64,000 nucleotides of DNA from Vulcanimicrobiota bacterium (lineage in GTDB: Bacteria; Vulcanimicrobiota; Vulcanimicrobiia; Vulcanimicrobiales; Vulcanimicrobiaceae), in the NCBI GenBank assembly GCA_963695225.1, contig OY968762.1:2400001-2464000 (forward strand), written 5' to 3'. Shown here in pieces: positions 21,285 to 30,599 of this stretch (within the stretch, counting starts at the first letter, position 1; each line of letters starts with the position of its first letter). The translations under genes and the position numbers were made by a program. The notes under the pieces are model-generated. The model made no database searches. It was not told the DNA's origin and saw nothing but the letters and a program-made list of their open reading frames with translations.

Positions 21285-24200
21285 ATGTATAACTTACGTT
21301 GGCTACGCGCCCTTACGGCGGTGGTTGCGTTGGTCTTTCTCGTGCAGTCGTGGGCTGTCGCGGGAACGACCGGCTCGATAAGCGGCATCCTCGCGGAGAC
21401 GAACACCGGCGCCCCGATTGCGGGCGCCAAGATCACCGCGGCGAGCCCCAGTCAAGCTGCATCCACGACGACCGACGCTTCGGGACGGTTCTCGTTCATC
21501 TCGCTCGCACCCGACACGTACGTCTTGAGCTTCGAGAAGCAAGGCTACGACCCGGGAACGCAGCAAGGGATCACCGTCCAGGCGGACCAGCATCTCGACC
21601 TGTCGCTCCACACGACCAAACAGCTCACGACGATCGGCCGCACCACGACGAGAGCGAACACCTCGCTCGTGCGTCCCGGTCAGACCGCGAGCGTCTACTC
21701 CGTCAACGCGGCGCAGCAGTCGGCGGCAGCCGCGCTCGGCGGCGGCACGAACCTCAACTCGGCCTACAGCGCGATCGCGTCGGTCCCCGGCGTCGTCGTT
21801 CCGCTCGGCAACATCGGTTGGGGCCAGTCGATCTTCATCCGCGGCGGCGATTACACGCAGACCGGCAACGAAGTCGACGGCATTCCGGTCAACCGGGCCT
21901 TCGACCAGTACGCCTCCTCGCCGCTCTCGTCGCTCGGCAATCAGGAAGTCCAGGTCTACACCGGTAACGCGCCGGCAGACGCTCAGGCCGTCGGCCTTGC
22001 GGGTTACATCAACCAAGTCATCAAGAGCGGCACGACGCCCGCTTTCGGGAGCCTCCAATACGGCGTCGGATCGCCGGGGCTCTACAACCAAGCTTCCTTC
22101 GAGTACGGCGGCGCGACGGCGAACCGCCTCTTCTCGTATTACGTCGCGACGTCCGGCTATAGCCAGCAGCTCCGCATCGTCAACCAGTTCAACGGCGCGG
22201 GCTACTTGCAGCAGAGCGGCTTCGGCTCGCTCTACAACTTCACCGCGACCGGCTGCGGGACGGCTCATCCTTCGGTCGGCTGCTACGCGAACGGCTCGCC
22301 GTATCTCGGCGGCGTCGGCCTTCCGTTCGGGCCGAACGGCTACGGTATCGCCGATACGCTCTGGGGATACCAGCCGGCGCTGTGGGATCGCCAGACGATC
22401 GTCAATCTCCACTTCGGCATCCCGCACAAGAAGAGCGATCTCCGCGACGACGTTCAGTTGCTGTATAACGTCGGCGAAGATCTCAATTACCCGAACACGA
22501 GCATGGACTCGTGGGGCGCGTCCCTCAACGACGTGCTCAACAACACGGTCAACGGCGTCCCCGGCGTCTTCGGTGGGGTTCAACCGGCCTATCGCGACCA
22601 GTGGGTCTATAACGGGTCGCGGTACGCTCCGCTCACCGCGGCGAATCTCACGAACATCCAGTTGCTGAACTTCGCCAACTCGCCGCTCGGCCGCCCGATT
22701 GGGGCGAACGTCGATCCGGGTCGCCAGGACGGCGAGACGACCGGCTTTGCGATCACGAAGTTGCAATACCAGCACAACTTCAGCGACAAGGCCTTCGCGC
22801 GCGTGTACGGGTACACGATGTACTCCGACCGCCTCGATAACGGCATCGTCGGCCTCTACCAGAACTTCGTCGGGGCGTTCTCGCCGGATTATACGATCAG
22901 CGCGCACACTCGCGGCCTAGCGCTCACGAGTTCGTATCAGATCAACCCGGCGAACTTGCTCTCGTTCGATGTCGGATACACGACCTCGAACACGGCCCGC
23001 TGGCGGAACGACGTAGCCGCGGGCAGCGCGGGTACCTCGCAGGTGGCCTATCTCGTCAACGGCGCGGACCCGACCGCCGGCTGCTATGCCTACGCTGCGG
23101 GTGCGTTCGGCGGGGCCGCGACTCCCGTCACGTGCTCGAAGGCTTCCGGATACGTACTTCCGGGCGTCAATGCGACCGGGACGACGCTCGTGCCGAAGGG
23201 CACCATCTCCCCGACCCTCGCGCAGTTGGACGCGACGTACACGTGCGGCACAGGGCCTTGCGAGTACTACGTGGTCAACAACGGCGCGGCCGGCGCGCTC
23301 AATACTGTGAAGCCGAAGTTCTTCAATGCGGCCATCGGCGATACGTGGAAACCGACCCGCAAGCTCGCGATCGATGCGACGCTGCGGACGGACACGTACA
23401 GCTACGACCTGCAGGACACGAACACGCCCGGCAACCAGCTCTTCGTCAACGATTACAACGCCTATCATTGCGTCCAAGGGACGACGGTCGTCGCCATCAC
23501 GACGAAGAACGGCCCATGCCCGGCGGGCTACTCGCCCACCGCGCTGACCGCGTCGAGCCCGAACCTCACCTACGCCGACATCCTGCAACCGCGCCTCGGA
23601 GCGACCTACACGCTCAACGCCAACAACGTCCTGCGTGCGTCCTACGGCCGCTTCACGCAACCGGCCGAAACCTCCGCAGTACAGGCCACGAACGTGCAGG
23701 CCGGCACGCCGAGCGCTTCGTTCTACGCGAACTTCGGCTTCGCGAGCTTCGCCCGCCAAGTCGAACCGGCGATCTCGTACAACGCCGACTTCTCGTGGGA
23801 ACACCAGTTCAACAACGACACGAGCTTCAAGTTGACGCCGTTCTATCGCAAGACGGTCAACGAGTTCGCGTCGATCATCGTGGACCCGAAGACGAACTTC
23901 GTCGCACTCGTGAACGGTCAGAACCGTACCGCCGGCGGCGTCGAATTCGCCCTCACCAAGGGCGACTTCAACCGCAACGGCCTCGCGGCTCAGTTGGCGT
24001 ACACGTACACCTACGCGTACAACCAGTACAAGACGTTCTCGAACGGCGGATCCTTCGTCTCCGGCATCAACTCCGCGATCACGCAGTTCAACGCCTATAC
24101 CAAGACCGGCGGCGGCGCACCGTGCTACGCAGCCGGCGCAGCCGACCCTTCGTGCACGGCAGCGGGAACGGTAGCGAACCCGTACTACAACATGCAGCCG

Positions 24201-24878
24201 GGCTCGCTCCTCGATCCCAACGGTAAGTACTTCCCCTACAACCAGGCTCCGGGCGAACTCACGGGCGCCTCGGCGAGCTACCTGATCCCGCATGTTGCTT
24301 CACTGATCGTGCAGTACAAGAAGGATCGGCTCAAGATCACCCCGTCGTTCCAGTTCCAAGCGGGTTCGCGCTACGGTTCGCCGCTGGCGAGCTTCGGCGT
24401 CGATCCGGCGACGTGCGGCCCCCTCGCGGGCGCAACGTCGACGGCCGGCGACCCCCGGTACTCCGGTGCCGCGACCGGCGGTGCGCCGTATGACGCATCG
24501 ACGTGCACGGGCTGGGTGAACATCCCGGATCCCTACAGCGGAAGGTTCGACTCGATCGGCGAGTTCCGGCAGCCGAACTACCTCACCGCGAACCTCCAGG
24601 TCTCGTACGACGTCAACCGGTTCACGCTGTCGATGACGGCGGCGAACGTCTATACCAAGTGCTGGGGCGGCTCGAACGTGCCGTGGGCCATCGGGGGCAG
24701 CCTCGGCTGCAACTACGAAAACGGCCTAGCCACCGGGAATTTCTACAACCCGGGCGACACGATCCAGAACGGCTTCCAGTATCCCTACGCACCCACGTTG
24801 GCAGGCTCGCTCCAGACGGTCGCAACCGCCTCGGCGAACCCGGTCCAACTGTACTTCAACGTGAAGTACAAGCTCTAA
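21285..24878 (+). CDS. TonB-dependent-receptor-like outer-membrane protein with N-terminal carboxypeptidase-regulatory-like domain
   Basis: Signal peptide, GTTGSISG...TDASGRFSF..L.PDTY, plug motif IFIRGG...VDGIPVN, PRLGATY, C-terminal LYFNVKYKL. Confidence 0.85.
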   Translation: MYNLRWLRALTAVVALVFLVQSWAVAGTTGSISGILAETNTGAPIAGAKITAASPSQAASTTTDASGRFSFISLAPDTYVLSFEKQGYDPGTQQGITVQADQHLDLSLHTTKQLTTIGRTTTRANTSLVRPGQTASVYSVNAAQQSAAAALGGGTNLNSAYSAIASVPGVVVPLGNIGWGQSIFIRGGDYTQTGNEVDGIPVNRAFDQYASSPLSSLGNQEVQVYTGNAPADAQAVGLAGYINQVIKSGTTPAFGSLQYGVGSPGLYNQASFEYGGATANRLFSYYVATSGYSQQLRIVNQFNGAGYLQQSGFGSLYNFTATGCGTAHPSVGCYANGSPYLGGVGLPFGPNGYGIADTLWGYQPALWDRQTIVNLHFGIPHKKSDLRDDVQLLYNVGEDLNYPNTSMDSWGASLNDVLNNTVNGVPGVFGGVQPAYRDQWVYNGSRYAPLTAANLTNIQLLNFANSPLGRPIGANVDPGRQDGETTGFAITKLQYQHNFSDKAFARVYGYTMYSDRLDNGIVGLYQNFVGAFSPDYTISAHTRGLALTSSYQINPANLLSFDVGYTTSNTARWRNDVAAGSAGTSQVAYLVNGADPTAGCYAYAAGAFGGAATPVTCSKASGYVLPGVNATGTTLVPKGTISPTLAQLDATYTCGTGPCEYYVVNNGAAGALNTVKPKFFNAAIGDTWKPTRKLAIDATLRTDTYSYDLQDTNTPGNQLFVNDYNAYHCVQGTTVVAITTKNGPCPAGYSPTALTASSPNLTYADILQPRLGATYTLNANNVLRASYGRFTQPAETSAVQATNVQAGTPSASFYANFGFASFARQVEPAISYNADFSWEHQFNNDTSFKLTPFYRKTVNEFASIIVDPKTNFVALVNGQNRTAGGVEFALTKGDFNRNGLAAQLAYTYTYAYNQYKTFSNGGSFVSGINSAITQFNAYTKTGGGAPCYAAGAADPSCTAAGTVANPYYNMQPGSLLDPNGKYFPYNQAPGELTGASASYLIPHVASLIVQYKKDRLKITPSFQFQAGSRYGSPLASFGVDPATCGPLAGATSTAGDPRYSGAATGGAPYDASTCTGWVNIPDPYSGRFDSIGEFRQPNYLTANLQVSYDVNRFTLSMTAANVYTKCWGGSNVPWAIGGSLGCNYENGLATGNFYNPGDTIQNGFQYPYAPTLAGSLQTVATASANPVQLYFNVKYKL

Positions 24879-24907
24879 CCTCGGGAAACGAAGGGCAACC
24901 TTCAAGA

Positions 24908-24949
24908 GCGGGCGGCTCGCCGATGGGATCGGCGGGCCGCTCGCCTTTT
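24908..24949 (+). terminator. Rho-independent terminator
   Basis: GCGGGCGGCTCGCCGAT-GGG-ATCGGCGGGCCGCTCGC followed by CTTTT. Confidence 0.8.
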
Positions 24950-24953
24950 CGGC

Positions 24954-25937
24954 CTACCGCTTGGCTCGGAGAACCGGAGCGGGGCCGGGCGGCGCGCTCG
25001 CGGCGGCTTCGGAGGCTTCGATCGACGAGATCAGATAGAGCGGCCGCGCCTTGATCTCGTCGTAGATGCGGCCGACGTATTCGCCGAGGATGCCGATTCC
25101 GATCAACTGCACGCCGCCGAGGAACAAGATCGCGACCATCATCGACGTGTAGCCGGGATTGTTGAGGTCGAGCAACTTGAACGCCAAGACGATCGCGGCG
25201 TACGCGAACGCGAAGAGGCTCACCGTGAACCCGAAGTACGTCGCAAAGCGCAACGGCGCTTCCGAGAACGACGTGATGCCGTCGATCGCGAAGCGCATCA
25301 TCTTCGAAATCGGGTACTTCGTCTTCCCTGCGTGGCGCGAATCGCGATCGTAGACGATCCCCACCTGCCGGAAACCGACCCAGCTCACGAGGCCGCGCAA
25401 GAAGCGGTGGCGCTCCCTCGTCCGGCCGAGCGCGTCCACGACGCGCCGGCTCATCAAGCGGAAGTCGCCCGTGTCGACGGGGATCGAGACTTTCGTGAGC
25501 TTCTTCGTCACGCGATAGAACGCGCTCGCCGTCAGGAGCTTGAAGGCGCTCTCCCCCTTGCGCCGGCGCCGCGTCGCGTAGACGACGTCGTACCCTTCGC
25601 GCCATTTCGCGATGAACTCCCCGATCAGTTCGGGGGGATCCTGGAGATCGCCGTCCATGAGGATCACGGCGTCGCCGCGCGCTTGGTCGATCCCGGCGGT
25701 CGCCGCGATCTGGTGGCCGAAATTCCGGGAGAGCGAAACGACGACGAGCTGCGGATACTGCGCCCGGAGCGCGCGCAAGAGATCGAGCGTCGCGTCGCTG
25801 CTGCCGTCGTTGACCGCGACGATTTCGTAGGCGTCGATGCAGTCGAGCGCGCGCATGACGCCGTCGATGCGGCGCATCAGCTCCGTGACGTTCCCCTCCT
25901 CGTTGTAGAGGGGAACGACGACGCTGACGAGGCTCAT
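24954..25937 (-). CDS. GT2 polyprenyl-phosphate glycosyltransferase (GtrB/ArnC-like)
   Basis: VVPLYNE, NDGSSD, SRNFGHQ.A..AG, MDGDLQDPP, GDFRLMSR, two C-terminal TMs, GEYVGRIY. Confidence 0.92.
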   Translation of the reverse strand: MSLVSVVVPLYNEEGNVTELMRRIDGVMRALDCIDAYEIVAVNDGSSDATLDLLRALRAQYPQLVVVSLSRNFGHQIAATAGIDQARGDAVILMDGDLQDPPELIGEFIAKWREGYDVVYATRRRRKGESAFKLLTASAFYRVTKKLTKVSIPVDTGDFRLMSRRVVDALGRTRERHRFLRGLVSWVGFRQVGIVYDRDSRHAGKTKYPISKMMRFAIDGITSFSEAPLRFATYFGFTVSLFAFAYAAIVLAFKLLDLNNPGYTSMMVAILFLGGVQLIGIGILGEYVGRIYDEIKARPLYLISSIEASEAAASAPPGPAPVLRAKR

Positions 25938-26092
25938 CCGCGCGCACCCTGGGCCGGCACCATATCCTTATCTTCGGAAGAATCGCCGCCGCGCGCAAGC
26001 TCCGCGCCGCTCGCCTCGGCCAGGATGTTTCGCGCCGCGTCGAAGCTAAGGCGCAATGAGGCAGATACGCTCGGCTCTGCGCGGTCGCACGG

Positions 26093-26566
26093 GTGGTACG
26101 GCACAGCTTGCGGGTTAGGTTCTTCCTCGCGCGAGCCCTTGTTGCGGCGACCCTGCTCGCTTGCATGCCTGGTCTGTCCATGTCCGCCGCGGTGGGCGGC
26201 GCGGCCGCCGCGCCGGGCGCCTCCCCGGCGCCGGCGGGCGCTCCGCATTCCGACGACCCGCCGGTCACGCTCGCGCCGCCGCACGCGCCGCCGCGCATCC
26301 TCGCGATCGCGGTCTCCGCTTCGAAGGTCCGCGGCGGGGACGTCGTGATCGGCAACGTGCGCACGACGTCGAACGTCGCCAGCGTCGAGATTCGCGTCGA
26401 AGGCTTCTCGACGTCGATGCTGCGCCGCAGCATCGGCGAGTTCACGGTGAATTACCCCATTCCGTTCCTCCCGCCGTGGCTGCACCGGACGTACCCGGTC
26501 CTCGTGATCGCCCGCAACGCGGACGGCGTCAAGGAGACGCGCACGCTCAAGATCACCGTCCAGTGA
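26093..26566 (+). CDS. Secreted protein, paralog 2 of 3
   Basis: PPRILAI...TTSNVASVEIRVEG...G.F...P.LP.WL.RTY...IARNADG. Confidence 0.7.
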   Translation: MVRHSLRVRFFLARALVAATLLACMPGLSMSAAVGGAAAAPGASPAPAGAPHSDDPPVTLAPPHAPPRILAIAVSASKVRGGDVVIGNVRTTSNVASVEIRVEGFSTSMLRRSIGEFTVNYPIPFLPPWLHRTYPVLVIARNADGVKETRTLKITVQ

Positions 26567-27330
26567 CCGGCCGCTTCGACGAGGCGTCGCTGCGCGCGCT
26601 CCTCGAGGACGTACGGCGCGGCGCGTGCGAGCCGGGGGAAGCGGTCGAACGCCTGCGCACGCTGCCGTTCGCCGAGTTGCTCGACGCGCGCGTCGATCAC
26701 CATCGGACCGTACGGACCGGCCTCCCGGAGGTCATCTACGGCGAGCGCAAGACGCGCGAGCAGATCGAGGCGATCGCGCGCGAGTTGCACGCCCGGCAGG
26801 GTCTCGCGCTCGCGACGCGCGTCGGCGCGGAGGACGGCTGCGCGCTTGCCGGAGCGCTCGAGGGGGCGAGGTACGATCCGCGCTCGCGCGTGCTGCGCTG
26901 GGGCGGCCTCGAAGCGAGCGGTGCGCGGATCGCGGTCGTTTGCGCCGGAACCTCCGACCTGCCGGTTGCGGAGGAGGCCGCCCTGACGCTCGAAGCGTTC
27001 GGGCACGACGCCGTCCGTTACGCCGACGTCGGCGTCGCGGGCCTGCACCGCATCGTTTCGGCGCTCGACGAACTTGCGACCGTTCGCGTGACGATCGTCG
27101 TCGCGGGGATGGAAGGTGCGCTCGCGAGCGTGCTCGGCGGGCTCGTCCGCTCGCCCGTGATCGCCGTGCCGACGAGCGTGGGCTACGGTGCGGCGTTCGA
27201 GGGGCTCGCGGCGCTGCTGGCGATGCTGAACGCGTGCGCCCCGGGAATCGCGGTCGTCAACATCGACAACGGCTTCGGAGCCGCCGCGCTCGCGCACAAG
27301 ATCGTGCGCTCCTCCGGCGCTCGCGGTTAG
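26563..27330 (+). CDS. larB: Nickel-pincer cofactor biosynthesis protein LarB (PurE-like)
   Basis: RVDHHR..RTGLPEVIYG..K, AGTSDLPVAEEA, DVGVAGLHR, VAGMEGAL, AVPTSVGYG, VVNIDNGFGAA. GTG overlaps the upstream stop. Confidence 0.93.
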   Translation: MTGRFDEASLRALLEDVRRGACEPGEAVERLRTLPFAELLDARVDHHRTVRTGLPEVIYGERKTREQIEAIARELHARQGLALATRVGAEDGCALAGALEGARYDPRSRVLRWGGLEASGARIAVVCAGTSDLPVAEEAALTLEAFGHDAVRYADVGVAGLHRIVSALDELATVRVTIVVAGMEGALASVLGGLVRSPVIAVPTSVGYGAAFEGLAALLAMLNACAPGIAVVNIDNGFGAAALAHKIVRSSGARG

Positions 27331-28103
27331 TTCCGGTCGGCCCAGCGCTCGATCGTGTCGGCCGTGCGCAGCCCCGGCGCCGCGGTGAGGGCGTGGGGCG
27401 GGAGGAGCGCGCCCGCGCGATCGCGCTCCCCGGTAGCGAACGAGCCGCGCGTGAAGCGATAGTGCAGCGCCGAGCCTTGCGCAAGCGTCACGTCGACCGT
27501 CCAGTAGCGCGAATCGACCCGGACCAAGCGTAGTTCGTTCGGGCTGAAGCCCGAACGGTCGGTCGAAAGGTAGACGTCGTCGCCGAGCGGCGTGTCGTCC
27601 GGGACGCGGGCGACGATCGTCACGGTCACGTTCGCCGCGGAAGCGGCTCCGTTTGCGGCGGTGCGGGCCGGAGCCTCCGCGAGCGTCGTCGCGAAGCCTG
27701 CGGGAATCGCGGCGATCTCGATCTCCCCGGGGAGAACCTCGCGCGGCGCGCGCTCGACGGCGCTCACGGCGTGCGTCGACGCGTCGACGTGCAGACGGAT
27801 CGTCTCGCCCAGCTTCCCTTTGAACGCGATCGCGTCGCTCTGCAAGCGTAGCGCTGAGCCGTTCGTGAGGACGATGAAGCCGCGTTCGCACGTGAGGTAC
27901 CGCCCGCGCACGAGCAATTCGCTCGTAACCGCGGCCGCCGGCGCCGGACTCGCGGCGGCGCTCGGGGCTATGCTCGCGGCGGCGCTCGGCGCAGCGCTCG
28001 GGGCGGCGCTCGGGGCGGCGCTCGGTACGGGGCTTGGGGCGCTCGTGGCCGGCGGCTGCCCGACGAGCATGGCGAGGACGAAGGCGAACGCGAGCGCGGT
28101 CAT
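27327..28103 (-). CDS. Secreted protein with C-terminal CBM20 (starch-binding)-like domain, paralog B
   Basis: Signal peptide, (PSAA)n linker, VTIVARVPDDTP..DDVYL...G.....L.RVD...W......G....YRFTRGS...E. Confidence 0.65.
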   Translation of the reverse strand: MTALAFAFVLAMLVGQPPATSAPSPVPSAAPSAAPSAAPSAAASIAPSAAASPAPAAAVTSELLVRGRYLTCERGFIVLTNGSALRLQSDAIAFKGKLGETIRLHVDASTHAVSAVERAPREVLPGEIEIAAIPAGFATTLAEAPARTAANGAASAANVTVTIVARVPDDTPLGDDVYLSTDRSGFSPNELRLVRVDSRYWTVDVTLAQGSALHYRFTRGSFATGERDRAGALLPPHALTAAPGLRTADTIERWADRN

Positions 28104-29716
28104 AACGGCGTCAGCGAAAACGTGTACTGCGGCACGAGGTACTGCCCGGCCCAGCCGTAGACGTAACTGCGGCCGTAGATCATCAGCAAACGCGCGCCGA
28201 GCGGGGCCTGGAACGTCACGGCCGTGCTGAACGGCGGGCGGCCGAAGCCGCCGTACTGCGGGAAATCGTGCGCGTGCACGAGCGAGACGTCGAGCCGGTA
28301 CGGCGAGCGCGGCGCATACGTCAGCGTCGCCGCGTAGGTTCGCAGCGTGCTGAGACCTTGATAGGCGAAATACCCCGGATACGGCGAGCCGTCCGGCGCG
28401 AAGTACGGCTGGGTCGGATCGGGGAGGCCCAAGAAGCCGGCCGCGCCCCAAGCGTAGCGGTTGTTCGACTGTTGGAACTGTGCGTAGGCGACGAGCGAGA
28501 ATCCGTTGCGCGGGCGACCGCTAAGGGAGAACGTCGTCGTCTGCGACTCGCTCTGGTGCCCGAAATCGTAGCTCGTCGAACTGATGTCGTAGTTTGCCGA
28601 GAACTCGGTGTGAAACGGGCCGCGCAAACCGTAGGGCGATAGGAACGAGGCGCCGACCGTCGTGCGGTAGTCGTGCGGGAACGGCGTCATCTGCGAATCG
28701 CGATCGTACCCGACGCCCGATTGCAGCCGGTACCCGAGGAGCCGCCCGATATAGCGCGTGTTGCTCGTGAGGACGAGATCGCTCGAGAGGCGGCCGTTCG
28801 TCTGCGCGAGCGAAAAGCGCGCGTTCGCGACGCGGCCGCTCCGTTGCAACGCGTACGTCGCGGCGGCGATCCCCGGGACGGCGTACGCCGTGACGTTCTC
28901 GACCAGCGTCGGCGCGAGCTGCCGGTAACTCTGCAGATCGACGCGCTTCGAGCGCAGCGGCAGGTACGAGACGACGGCGTAGCGCTTGTCGTTGTCGACG
29001 AGATGGTCGTCGAACCCCAGCTCCGCGCCCATCGCGCTGTCGTACCGGAAGTGCGCCGCGATCAGCGTGTGCTCGTTGCCGTAGAGGCCGTAGGGTTGGT
29101 CGAACGTCGCCGAGGGGAGCGCGTTCGTCGCGAAATACCCGTTCCCGCCGAACGTGTAGAGGTACATCGGAGAGCGCGCGATCGCGCGCGTTCCGGTCGT
29201 GAAATCGGCGGGCATGAAACGGACGTTCACGCCCGGCGTCACGACGGCATGGCGCGAGCGGATGTAGGGGCGTTCGCCGGTGACGTCGACGACGTCGAAG
29301 ATGCCCTCCGGCGCAGTTTCGGCATCCGTCGCGCCGTCCGGTGCGACGCGGAGGCTCGCGGGCTCGGGATCGAGCGAGACCGCGTACGCCTCGCCGCTCG
29401 CGAGTTCCAAGTGGTACGCCGCGTATTCGGGCGCCGCGGCGGCGCGCACGCGCACGTCCCCGCCGAACAGCAGCCGGTTGTTCGCGAGATCGAAACGGAG
29501 CCCGTCGGCCTCGATGTCGCGCCCGCCCGCCCGGACGCGCACCGCGCCGTCGGCGGCCAGCAGTGCGCGCCCCGGAAAGAACGCGATCGCGTCGGCGCGG
29601 ACGTCGACGTTCTTGGGGAGCGCGCCGCGTTCGGCGGCGCGCGCGGCCGAGCCAGGTGCGAGGATGCCCCCGAGGAGTACGCCCAGAGCGAGGAACGCTG
29701 CGCCGGCGTACCTCAT
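28100..29716 (-). CDS. LptD/OstA-like outer-membrane protein, paralog B
   Basis: Signal peptide, OstA-like VRADAIAF......ADGAVRV......IEAD.LRFDL.......G.VRV, amphipathic beta strands, C-terminal QYTFSL. Confidence 0.55.
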   Translation of the reverse strand: MRYAGAAFLALGVLLGGILAPGSAARAAERGALPKNVDVRADAIAFFPGRALLAADGAVRVRAGGRDIEADGLRFDLANNRLLFGGDVRVRAAAAPEYAAYHLELASGEAYAVSLDPEPASLRVAPDGATDAETAPEGIFDVVDVTGERPYIRSRHAVVTPGVNVRFMPADFTTGTRAIARSPMYLYTFGGNGYFATNALPSATFDQPYGLYGNEHTLIAAHFRYDSAMGAELGFDDHLVDNDKRYAVVSYLPLRSKRVDLQSYRQLAPTLVENVTAYAVPGIAAATYALQRSGRVANARFSLAQTNGRLSSDLVLTSNTRYIGRLLGYRLQSGVGYDRDSQMTPFPHDYRTTVGASFLSPYGLRGPFHTEFSANYDISSTSYDFGHQSESQTTTFSLSGRPRNGFSLVAYAQFQQSNNRYAWGAAGFLGLPDPTQPYFAPDGSPYPGYFAYQGLSTLRTYAATLTYAPRSPYRLDVSLVHAHDFPQYGGFGRPPFSTAVTFQAPLGARLLMIYGRSYVYGWAGQYLVPQYTFSLTPL

Positions 29717-29726
29717 GCGGCGACGG

Positions 29727-30599
29727 CTATTTCGGCGGCCTCGGGAACGGCTGCCCGGTGAACGGGGTCGGCATCGCCTGATTCCCGAGGTCCGGGGCGA
29801 GGCCGTCCTCGTCGCCCCAGTGGTAGACCGTGTCGTCCTTCCGGCGCACGTCGCCGTTCCCGACGAGCAGCTCCCGCGGCTTCCCTTCCAACCCGTCCTG
29901 CCCGCGCTCGGCCGCGTTCCACGATCCGCGCGTGTAGCGGTAGAAGAAATGCGTACCGGAATTGAAATCGCGGCTGACGCGATAGTGCAGCCCGTCGATC
30001 CGGTCCATCTTGATCGCGGTCGCGCTCCAGCCGCTCACGTCCGTCGCGAGGTAGACGTCGGCGTAGAGCGGCGTTCGGGGCGGGACCTGCACGTAGAACG
30101 TCACTTGGACCGGTTTGCCGGTCATGCCGGGAGCCCCGCCTCCGAGGTCCGGATTCGCGACGCGCGGCGAAAGGGCGACGGCGAAACGCCGGACGTCCTC
30201 GTAACTCGCTTCGGGCGGGAGCGGCCGCCGCGAGAGCGCCAGCTCGACGATCCGGCCGCTCGAGGCATCGAAGCTCGCGCGGGCGTAGACGCGGGTCGTG
30301 GGGACGAGCGTCGTCGGCCCCCCGGTCGCCGCATCGACCGTCCGAACTTGCGGATCGAGCCGGAACGCGTCGCCGGTCGTGAAGAACGCGAAGCCGCGCC
30401 GGACGTCGAGGAGTTGCCCGGCGAAGCGCACGACCTGCCCGGCAGGCCCGGGCGTCGCGGTCGCCTCGATCGGGGGGAGCGTGACGCGCGGCATCGGGGT
30501 CGGCGTGGGGGCGAACTGCCCCGGCGCACGCCCGGGGAGCGCCGCGGCGCAGAACGCGCAGGAGATCGCGAGAGCCCAAAACCACTGCCGAGGCCGCAT
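29727..30599 (-). CDS. Secreted protein with C-terminal CBM20-like domain, paralog A
   Basis: Signal peptide, PTPTP linker, VTFYVQVPPRTP..ADVYLATD.SGW....MDRIDG..Y.......FFYRYTRGSW..AE...D.V..W. Confidence 0.7.
   Translation of the reverse strand: MRPRQWFWALAISCAFCAAALPGRAPGQFAPTPTPMPRVTLPPIEATATPGPAGQVVRFAGQLLDVRRGFAFFTTGDAFRLDPQVRTVDAATGGPTTLVPTTRVYARASFDASSGRIVELALSRRPLPPEASYEDVRRFAVALSPRVANPDLGGGAPGMTGKPVQVTFYVQVPPRTPLYADVYLATDVSGWSATAIKMDRIDGLHYRVSRDFNSGTHFFYRYTRGSWNAAERGQDGLEGKPRELLVGNGDVRRKDDTVYHWGDEDGLAPDLGNQAMPTPFTGQPFPRPPK

Noticed and set aside
18040..28030. Short tandem repeats (24-bp near 18050, 12-bp near 27950-28025) as contingency loci
   Set aside because: In-frame multiples of 3 encoding Pro/Ala/Ser linkers, so they cannot phase-switch.
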